This document shows positions 17,157 to 24,385 of a DNA stretch of 36,933 bases, one piece after another. The stretch comes from a virus. The notes beneath the pieces are model-generated. The model was not told where the DNA came from. It made no database searches and worked only from the letters and a program-made list of their open reading frames with translations. The translations under genes and the position numbers were made by a program. The stretch spans positions 1 through 36,933 of the IMG/VR virus record IMGVR_UViG_3300035138_000142. One strand, 5' to 3'. The first letter of the stretch is position 1. Every line of letters begins with the position of its first letter.

Positions 17157-18757
17157 CAGTTAAAATCCCCAAAACTCATCCCTGTGCCAACACGCTGCAA
17201 TTCAGAGATAACGCTCGTCCGCAGCCCGCTTGTAACCGTACTCTGCCCGGATAATCTCACTTTGCTGAAATCAATCGGCATCTCGTTACGGTCATTCGCG
17301 CAGGCCATAGCCATGTTTATTGAATCAAACGGATCATCCCCTATTTCAGGCTTGATAGCCTCCAGCGTAGGATAACTGGAATTATTAGTAACAATGCGCA
17401 CATTAAGCAGACTTCGCCTTAACCGCAAAGCCATCTTTGCAATCTCCCGGTCATCCTTACGGTCAAAATAAGGGATGACAAATTTCCTGTTTTCAATCTT
17501 TCCTTTAGTGATAGATCCCGCAAGATGTTTAAATTTCCCCGTATTCCAGACAGGAGCAAAAGACCATTTATTCCAGTCACTAGGTTTATTCTCCGGATTC
17601 TTCGACCGATCGATCGAAATTAAACCATTGTCATACAAAGCATCATTAATCTCCGCAATATCATTCGCCTTCAGCGCGTCACCATAACCACTGGTTACAC
17701 CGTAATAGCGCCAGTAATCAACCACATCCCTGCGAATTAATGACGGATCCGTAGTAGATTCCCATTCCCTGGCATTCAGCCATAAAACCGTATCACCAAG
17801 AACCTCAATAATATCCATCCGGTAAACCGAATGCTGTTTTTTCTGCCCCGAATGCCCCATATCAAAACCCGCGTACACCACACCACGAGGCATATAGGAA
17901 CCTGTGTTGTTGTATTCTATTCCTTCCCAGCCGATCTCCATAGCACATTTCAGGCACTCGCGCAAATAAAATTCCCAGATAAAATTTTTAGCCTCCGTAT
18001 AAATCAGGCAGTAAATTCTTAGCCATTCATCATCGGTCATTTCTTTCCTGGCTAAATCGATGGTGTGTTTGTCATAAATACCAGCCGCAAGGCAGTAATA
18101 AACATCAAATTTTGTTAATACTTTATAATTGCCACTGTTTTCCGTTTGGAATATATTACCCTGCCCCTCCTGGATAGTACCCGACAAACGGAATTTTGTA
18201 GGAATGCCCGAAACATTCTTGCGCCCCCCACGGCCAATAACACGGTTTACCCAGCGGGCAGAATTAATATCATCATATTCCTCTCCGCGGATAATAGTCG
18301 CATTCTCCGAATCAAAATTACTCTTCAGCCCGAAAGTTTTGGCCCGCGAACCATTCCAAAGTTCATACTTGGTTTCCGCCAACTGTTTCTTGCCCCTGCG
18401 GAAAGCAATAAAACTATTTAAAATCTCACTCGGTTCAATCCAGTCAAGATGATATTTAAGAGCATTATTCGCCTGATCCTGTTTAGGCGCGAACATCATA
18501 AGATCAGATCGGGGCACAGTAAACATCTCCTCCATGTCCACCGCCTCCATAGCAACCGTTTTACCAGCCCGTGGCGGAGCAATAGCCAGACAATTATTAT
18601 TAGCCTTAATCTCATCAACATAAATCAATTGATGCGGATCCAGATCCCAGCCCGTCTTATCCTTTAACCACAGCGCCGTACTACCACCCTGGTTGGAAGC
18701 ATAACGCATAACCGCCTTTTCAGCCCTGTTTGCCGTCTTTATCTGTTCGCTTCTCAT
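17156..18757 (-). CDS. terL: Terminase large subunit
   Basis: Walker A-like AIAPPRAGKT and Walker B-like IIRGEEYDD. Size and position fit. Start ambiguous: ATG 18757, 18709 or 18802. Confidence 0.85.
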   Translation of the reverse strand: MRSEQIKTANRAEKAVMRYASNQGGSTALWLKDKTGWDLDPHQLIYVDEIKANNNCLAIAPPRAGKTVAMEAVDMEEMFTVPRSDLMMFAPKQDQANNALKYHLDWIEPSEILNSFIAFRRGKKQLAETKYELWNGSRAKTFGLKSNFDSENATIIRGEEYDDINSARWVNRVIGRGGRKNVSGIPTKFRLSGTIQEGQGNIFQTENSGNYKVLTKFDVYYCLAAGIYDKHTIDLARKEMTDDEWLRIYCLIYTEAKNFIWEFYLRECLKCAMEIGWEGIEYNNTGSYMPRGVVYAGFDMGHSGQKKQHSVYRMDIIEVLGDTVLWLNAREWESTTDPSLIRRDVVDYWRYYGVTSGYGDALKANDIAEINDALYDNGLISIDRSKNPENKPSDWNKWSFAPVWNTGKFKHLAGSITKGKIENRKFVIPYFDRKDDREIAKMALRLRRSLLNVRIVTNNSSYPTLEAIKPEIGDDPFDSINMAMACANDRNEMPIDFSKVRLSGQSTVTSGLRTSVISELQRVGTGMSFGDFN

Positions 18758-19610
18758 CTTCCAGTTCTTTTTTATAACTCTGCATAGCAGGATCATTATC
18801 ACGATCCGCCGCAGCCTTCTTTATTGTTTCCTGCAGGTCCTTAATTCCCTGCTCCTGTTTTTTCAGAGATTCCTCCAAAGAAACCGTCTTACTGTTTTCC
18901 GCGTCAATCAGCCCCTTCATATTCGCATCATCTTTCTCATTTTTCGGAGTCATCATTTGCTGCTCAGCCAGCTGACCCAGTGCATTCATGAATTCAGGAA
19001 TTCTTTTTAACAAAGGATTCGATTGTAATTCTTTTACAGTTTCTATCTCAACTTTTTCCCCGTCCTCATCCTTATCTATAACCTTATTAATAACTTTTTC
19101 TGATTGCACGCCGCGCATAAAGACATCAGCAAACATCATTTGCAATGTCTGAAAAGCCATTCCCTGAGAGATGCCTGCAAATTCTTTTAAATCTTTAACA
19201 TTGCCTTCCTCATAAGCCCGTAGAAATTTGAGCATTAAAGAGAGATTTACAGGGCAATACTTGTAATCAGCGCTGCATTCTTCAAAGTAATCACAATGTT
19301 TGCATTGCGCATACCTTCCCGGCAAAGCAGGCGCTAACACCGTGCACTGTTTCGTATATAAGCCATGCTTAAATCCGTTCAGAGAAGAGCGTTTTTTACC
19401 TTGCGGAGTTTTAGGACCCGTATGTGTCCCCGGGGCATTATCCCACATTTTAGAAAGATTAGCATAATAATGAGGAACCTCATCCGTAGGTTCGCTACAC
19501 ATCGGGCAAACGGCATATACAACGCCGTCCTCATTTTCCAGCCATTCATCAGACTTGAAATAAAAACGATGCGCACGACAAAAAAAATGTTTTGCCACTT
19601 TCCCGGACAT
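18720..19610 (-). CDS. Putative terminase small subunit / packaging DNA-binding protein
   Basis: Overlaps the TerL start. ATG 19610 preceded by GGGGAG. Has CxxC pairs (CPMC, CKHC) and an acidic coiled C-terminus. Function is assigned by position only. Confidence 0.4.
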   Translation of the reverse strand: MSGKVAKHFFCRAHRFYFKSDEWLENEDGVVYAVCPMCSEPTDEVPHYYANLSKMWDNAPGTHTGPKTPQGKKRSSLNGFKHGLYTKQCTVLAPALPGRYAQCKHCDYFEECSADYKYCPVNLSLMLKFLRAYEEGNVKDLKEFAGISQGMAFQTLQMMFADVFMRGVQSEKVINKVIDKDEDGEKVEIETVKELQSNPLLKRIPEFMNALGQLAEQQMMTPKNEKDDANMKGLIDAENSKTVSLEESLKKQEQGIKDLQETIKKAAADRDNDPAMQSYKKELEDEKRTDKDGKQG

Positions 19611-19668
19611 AATACTCCCCTGCTGATACGCACTATACCGAACCAGCAAAGCAATATCAAGAAAGGAC

Positions 19669-19702
19669 GGCGTTTAACGCCCCTTAACGCCCCTTAACGC
19701 CC
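19669..19702 (-). repeat. Three tandem 10-bp repeats (TTAACGCCCC) overlapping a GGCGT-TTA-ACGCC hairpin, upstream of the packaging genes
   Basis: ggcgtttaacgccccttaacgccccttaacgccc, read directly. Confidence 0.85.
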
Positions 19703-19926
19703 ATTTTATGTTGTGAATTTGTGTTGTAGAAGTGAAAATTAATATGATAAATAAATAAAATAACCTTTATCTTTTTCCATTAAATCTAATAAATGTAAAT
19801 ACCTATCCTTGTTATTCCATTTGGTTTGCTCTATTTTTTTCTTAATTCATTAAAATTTGTAGGTCTGAAATGTCGATTATAAATATCCAAATCAGGATCA
19901 GGATCATATTCTATTTTTTTTCACTC

Positions 19927-20169
19927 TCAGCCCGCCACTTCTAAGAAATTAGGAGATTTTTTAATATTTCCCACTATAGGATATTTTTTATCTTTCTTGA
20001 TTATCATGGGCATACCAAATGTAATATCAGAAAACATTAATTTATTTTTTATTCTTTCCACTTTAAAAACCAGACAATCAGATTTATAATATATATGCGT
20101 TAATATCATAATATCACCTTCCCTCAACTCAGATAGCGACTTTAATTGTGGCTTTATTTTATTTTTCAT
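19927..20169 (-). CDS. Hypothetical protein (80 aa)
   Basis: ATG 20169 preceded by AGAGG. Confidence 0.55.
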   Translation of the reverse strand: MKNKIKPQLKSLSELREGDIMILTHIYYKSDCLVFKVERIKNKLMFSDITFGMPMIIKKDKKYPIVGNIKKSPNFLEVAG

Positions 20170-20183
20170 TATTAGCCTCTATT

Positions 20184-20360
20184 TTATTGATGATACTTAT
20201 ATTTTTTTATATATGCAAGAATTTCTTTCCCCGCCACTCTCAGTCGCCCGTCCTTTATGGCATTCATTTCTTTCATTTTTTTTTGCGCCGTTTTTTTAGT
20301 ACACCGGAAAATTTCCGCAACTTCACCGGAAAAATAAAATTTTTCGAGTTCAATTTTCAT
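20184..20360 (-). CDS. Small HTH DNA-binding protein, excisionase-like (58 aa)
   Basis: ATG 20360 preceded by GAGGAAAAA. The sequence FSGEVAEIFRCTKKTAQKKMKEM..RVAGKEILAYI resembles Xis/MerR-type HTH proteins. It is below the 60-aa cutoff of the ORF track. Confidence 0.55.
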   Translation of the reverse strand: MKIELEKFYFSGEVAEIFRCTKKTAQKKMKEMNAIKDGRLRVAGKEILAYIKKYKYHQ

Positions 20361-20401
20361 TTTTTCCTCATTTATATTTTATATTCTACCTCCAGTTGTC
20401 T

Positions 20402-20447
20402 GTAGGGGAGTTAGTAAGAGGGTATGCTCAAGACTCAAAGCCCCTAC
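20402..20447. repeat. GTAGGGG(N32)CCCCTAC inverted repeat with the same TGTAGGGG head as the B-type elements
   Basis: tgtaggggagttagtaagagggtatgctcaagactcaaagcccctac followed by ccgtctatttttt. Confidence 0.6.
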
Positions 20448-20742
20448 CCGTCTATTTTTTACCTAACATCATTTTTCCCTATTTTTACCACTTAGTTTAC
20501 ATAATGGCTATTCCATAACATCCGTGTTTATTGTTTTTATTAGACTTACAACCATCATCTATATTATTTATAACAACTCTCATGTTTGTACACCATTCCT
20601 CACATACTCACTTTATTTACCTATCGCCTTCGTTTCGATTTTCAGTCCAACCCTGTTTTATCCAAATCTCTCTCCCCACTAGCCGCAGCGGTGTTTTATG
20701 TCATTTAATATAGTTACCTAATAATCGTTTTCTCCCTTAAAA

Positions 20743-21723
20743 TTAACCAGGTGTCCGTGTCTTTCTCATCATTTCTACAAATCCAGTATGAGAGTCAGGA
20801 GCCTTTAATCCGGATGTACCACGCTTACTAACACTCTCAGCAGTGAGCATTTGTTTAATATGTACATAACGCATTGTAGTTTCAATGCGTGCATGACCCA
20901 TTAACGGTTTTAAATCTTGTAGTGTGGTACCATTAATAATACTATACGTCCCAAAGAAATGTCTCATACTATGTGGTGTGATGTTCTTATCAACTTCAGC
21001 TAATGCTGTATACTTCGCTATGATTCTCCGGATCCCTCTGGCTGATAATCTACCACCCTTAATAATAGGACCATCTTGTTTAAATAATGGATCATGAGGA
21101 TTATATTGTTTAATATAAACGATATCATTGTAATAGGCGCTAAAAAACTCTGCAATTAATTTACCTTTAATAAGCGCGCCAAATGGCACCAATCGTTCCC
21201 AGCTCTTTATCCTGGGCACTACTAATAAATAGTTGTTTTCATGTACCTGTATACTGGAGAGATTGAGCGCCACTATTTCACTGAGGCGGATCCCGGTATC
21301 AGCTAACAGACATATAATTGCAGCATCACGCCGGCCTATATCAGTAGTAACATCACATGAATAAACCATGCGTGTAAGTTCATCAGGTGTGGGCATAATA
21401 GGTATTTTCACCTCTTCCTGGATAGGATGCAACCATTCGCACGGATTCTGGTATTGATATTTTCTGCAGAACCAGGCATAAAAGATCCGGAGTGCTGTCT
21501 GTTTTATTTTCTGTGTGTTAATAGCGTTTTTTAATTCCACCTTAAGATGAATAATGTAGTTTTCCACATCTTCACCGGTGATTTCTCCCGGGTTTTTACC
21601 TATGTAATTGAAGAACATCCGGAGATATTTTAAATAATTATTAACTGAGCGCTCTTTATTCCCCTTAGTACCCAGTTGATAGCGCCTGAATTCTTCTATT
21701 ATTTGTTTAGTCTCATCAGTCAT
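20743..21723 (-). CDS. int: Tyrosine recombinase / phage integrase
   Basis: DTGIRLSE (Arg), HSMRHFF (H-x-x-R) and GHARIETTMRYVH (His and Tyr) motifs. Confidence 0.9.
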   Translation of the reverse strand: MTDETKQIIEEFRRYQLGTKGNKERSVNNYLKYLRMFFNYIGKNPGEITGEDVENYIIHLKVELKNAINTQKIKQTALRIFYAWFCRKYQYQNPCEWLHPIQEEVKIPIMPTPDELTRMVYSCDVTTDIGRRDAAIICLLADTGIRLSEIVALNLSSIQVHENNYLLVVPRIKSWERLVPFGALIKGKLIAEFFSAYYNDIVYIKQYNPHDPLFKQDGPIIKGGRLSARGIRRIIAKYTALAEVDKNITPHSMRHFFGTYSIINGTTLQDLKPLMGHARIETTMRYVHIKQMLTAESVSKRGTSGLKAPDSHTGFVEMMRKTRTPG

Positions 21724-21963
21724 TTACAGATCCAGAGTTTGTTGGCCGGTGTTAATGTGTTTTTTTAAGATACGATCGTAAGTATCCCTGTAGTCATTAT
21801 GTATCTCCCATTCATTTGTATCACGATAGTAGTTGCGTGAAGAGGCGGGAATTAATAATTTTATATCCTCAACAATATTGGTAATAGCTTTAACTCCATA
21901 TTTATCATAATCCCTGGGAGTGAAAGATATTGTGAAGAATAACATACCTAATTTTAATTGCAT
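21724..21963 (-). CDS. Hypothetical protein (79 aa) abutting the integrase start
   Basis: Stop at 21724-21726 is directly followed by the integrase ATG at 21723. Confidence 0.55.
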   Translation of the reverse strand: MQLKLGMLFFTISFTPRDYDKYGVKAITNIVEDIKLLIPASSRNYYRDTNEWEIHNDYRDTYDRILKKHINTGQQTLDL

Positions 21964-21994
21964 TAATTACCTCATTTTATACATAACTCCCATT

Positions 21995-22032
21995 ACACCC
22001 GACATCGCTACGCTTGCGGGTGAATCGGGTGT
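21995..22032. repeat. Hairpin with a duplicated arm: ACACCCGA ... CGGGTG AAT CGGGTGT
   Basis: One CACCCG arm can pair with either of two CGGGTG copies, at 22017-22022 or 22026-22031. Confidence 0.6.
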
Positions 22033-22069
22033 TATAAAATACAACATATAAATATATAACCTAAAAATG

Positions 22070-22265
22070 GTGTCTTAAGTGTCTCACAGTACATAAACCA
22101 TTAAATAACATTAGGTTAACAACAAGACACCAACAAGACAGACAAGACACTTGTTAATTTTCTGTCTTAAGTGTCTTAAGTGTCTTGTATAATGTCTTAT
22201 TGATAAATATTTGTTTATTATAATGTTAAGTATAGTATATTTATTAAAAGACATATAAGACACCT
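22070..22265. repeat. Array of about 11 GTGTCTT/AAGACAC heptamer motifs in both orientations (iterons or arm-type binding sites)
   Basis: Examples: gtgtcttaagtgtctc, aagacaccaacaagacagacaagacac, tctgtcttaagtgtcttaagtgtcttgtataatgtctt and aaagacatataagacac. Confidence 0.85.
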
Positions 22266-22395
22266 GTTTTAATTGCCAATGAACATCACTTTATTAGATA
22301 GCCTGTAAATTCTTTTTAACATGATTGTGTTTTGTTTAACAGCCGCTGGCCATTGAATATGACTTTCTGTTTAATTTTGATCTTGATTTTTAGTT

Positions 22396-22716
22396 TCATG
22401 GTTTGATTTCTTTAAATTCAGGACTAATTTCATTTATATTATTGGTACACACTTCGACCTCTCTGCCCAACAGGGAAAATAAAAAATCATCTAAATTATC
22501 AATTAAAATCTTAGTTTTACTGCCCATTAAAAGTTTATTGCAATTACTCCATGTGATTACTCTATTCGCATCATCCAATGTTAATTCATATTCTCGAATT
22601 ATGCGTTCCCTCTCAGTATTGTTTAATACTAATAAAATTGAATCACGACCTAAAAAATGATTATGAATTAATTCGTAAGTTTTGCCACACCTATGTGCTT
22701 TACTTATTAGTTTCAT
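22396..22716 (-). CDS. Hypothetical protein (106 aa)
   Basis: ATGA coupling with the upstream small ORF. Confidence 0.6.
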   Translation of the reverse strand: MKLISKAHRCGKTYELIHNHFLGRDSILLVLNNTERERIIREYELTLDDANRVITWSNCNKLLMGSKTKILIDNLDDFLFSLLGREVEVCTNNINEISPEFKEIKP

Positions 22717-22856
22717 CGTGCCATTCTCCGCAGAAAATTGCCAAATAAATTCATTTTAACGGATAAATATTTAAACAGATCTGCCAGCTTATACACAGCA
22801 AATACCAGGAGAGTATGCGGCAGTGAAATGATTATTATGATTATATTTTTAGCCAT
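22713..22856 (-). CDS. Small hydrophobic protein (47 aa)
   Basis: ATG 22856 lies 3 nt after the upstream stop, and its own stop overlaps the next ATG. N-terminus reads MAKNIIIIIISLPHTLLVFAVY. Confidence 0.4.
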   Translation of the reverse strand: MAKNIIIIIISLPHTLLVFAVYKLADLFKYLSVKMNLFGNFLRRMAR

Positions 22857-22858
22857 GG

Positions 22859-23248
22859 TTATTCTTTATTCTTTAATTTAAGATAACTCAATTCCAGCCT
22901 GGCCAGGCTAATAATAGTGTTCACTGATTTATTTATAGCCAGTGCTTGGGGAATGTAATCTTTACTTTTTTCTGCATTCTTAATATTATTCATGAGTGTG
23001 GTTTTAAGATCTATCATTTCTTTGTTTTTAGGTATAGTCTGTAATGCAATTTGTTTTTCATCCTCCACTAATAGAAACTCTTTCACCTTTTTAGGCATGG
23101 AAGCCTCGGAAAATTCAAGCCATATACTATCTGTTACTATCGTTACCACTCCATCCTGGATCCGGTAACTCTGTAATTTATACGTCCTTGTGTTATACAT
23201 GATGGTTTTGCCCATCAATGCATCGAGTCTATTCTCGAGACGTGTCAC
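22859..23248 (-). CDS. Hypothetical protein (129 aa)
   Basis: ORF overlapping the end of the upstream HNH-like gene. Confidence 0.6.
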   Translation of the reverse strand: MTRLENRLDALMGKTIMYNTRTYKLQSYRIQDGVVTIVTDSIWLEFSEASMPKKVKEFLLVEDEKQIALQTIPKNKEMIDLKTTLMNNIKNAEKSKDYIPQALAINKSVNTIISLARLELSYLKLKNKE

Positions 23249-24005
23249 GGATTGCCCTCCTTAATTTTAATTCTTGTCTTTTTAATTCAAGTAATCCCGG
23301 ACACTTTTCAACCATTTTTCTAAGTTCCGGATCTTTTTTTACTAGTGTCGAAGCAATAAATTTATCAGTGTTACGATTGATATTTTTTAATAAATTTTGT
23401 TTTCTTTGAATACATTCCAGATTATCAATTCTTACATCAAGTTGGTTGCCGTTTTTAAATCTAATTATATGATTTTCCGGAATTGGTCCATTTTCCTGCT
23501 CCCATATATAACGATGATATTCTTTCCAGTTTGCCTTGGATATCCGGATCCATTTATATTTAATTCCCCTACTATCACGTCGAACAGTAATGCAACCATC
23601 ATATTTTGTATTAATCGGTAAATGACCCTTTTTAAATTCAGTAGCCGGGCTGTTACGTATGCCTTTTTTCCCGGTATTCCAGGGGATGAGTCCTTTTTTA
23701 AATTCAGTTCCCGGGCTATATCTTACCCCTTTTTTAAAACCTCCACCTTTTACTAACTCTAAATTATCAATTCGTACGTCTAATGAATCACCATTGATAA
23801 ATCGGATAGTATGCCTCTCCGGAATTGGTCCATTTTCCTGCTCCCATACATAGCGATGGAGTTGTTGCCATTTACCTGGAGAAATCCGGACCCACTTATA
23901 CTGACGATCTTTGGCTTTACGTATCACAATACACCCGTCATATTTAGCACATGCTGGTCGATTACCTTTCTTAAAACTTCCCTTATTTGGTTTGTAATTA
24001 GCCAT
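23229..24005 (-). CDS. Tandemly duplicated HNH_3-like DNA-binding protein, apparently lacking the catalytic His
   Basis: Two copies of KYDGC..YKW(V/I)RIS..HRY(V/I)WEQENGPIPE.H.IRF.NG..LDVRIDNLE. Phe sits where the HNH His is expected. Confidence 0.6.
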   Translation of the reverse strand: MANYKPNKGSFKKGNRPACAKYDGCIVIRKAKDRQYKWVRISPGKWQQLHRYVWEQENGPIPERHTIRFINGDSLDVRIDNLELVKGGGFKKGVRYSPGTEFKKGLIPWNTGKKGIRNSPATEFKKGHLPINTKYDGCITVRRDSRGIKYKWIRISKANWKEYHRYIWEQENGPIPENHIIRFKNGNQLDVRIDNLECIQRKQNLLKNINRNTDKFIASTLVKKDPELRKMVEKCPGLLELKRQELKLRRAIRDTSRE

Positions 24006-24013
24006 AAACCTTC

Positions 24014-24385
24014 CTATTCAAAAAGTGTAGCCTGTTTGCCAATAGTATCTTTACCTCTCTCTAATCTGATCCGGTTACCTGTAAAAACATATTGCTGGCC
24101 TTTACATGATATCAGAATACCCTTATATGAACCTCTTCTTTCATCAGATAATTGAGCATACCAATCACCATAAGATAGTATTTTACCGGTAAATTTCCCT
24201 GGAGAAACAACTTGCTCTAATTCAACGTGTAGACAGCCGCCCTTAAAAGATCCGCTCGTAGCAACATAATTTTTTCCCTGAAATCTGATTATTCCCCGGG
24301 CTCGTGCTGAATCTGCAATCAAAGAACATGAGATTAAATCACCATATTTTTCAAGTATTAAAGGATCTATATTATAAGTAATCAT
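24014..24385 (-). CDS. Hypothetical protein (123 aa)
   Basis: ATGA coupling to the primase-helicase stop. Confidence 0.6.
   Translation of the reverse strand: MITYNIDPLILEKYGDLISCSLIADSARARGIIRFQGKNYVATSGSFKGGCLHVELEQVVSPGKFTGKILSYGDWYAQLSDERRGSYKGILISCKGQQYVFTGNRIRLERGKDTIGKQATLFE

Noticed and set aside
19379-19660. Nested same-strand ORFs: 19379..19660, 3470..3766, 1852..2040, 13377..13565, 24702..24905, 25218..25472 and 36316..36528
   Set aside because: They lie entirely within longer ORFs that carry recognisable domains or better coding features, in alternative frames, and they have no SD sites.
20148-20405. Plus-strand 85-aa ORF
   Set aside because: It is antisense to a minus-strand 58-aa HTH ORF that has a strong SD, and its sequence is low-complexity and F/L-rich.
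21995-22032. Hairpin as a tRNA fragment or tRNA gene; also a general tRNA scan
   Set aside because: No cloverleaf, no T-loop GTTCRA consensus and no acceptor/CCA layout. No convincing tRNA was seen anywhere in the window.
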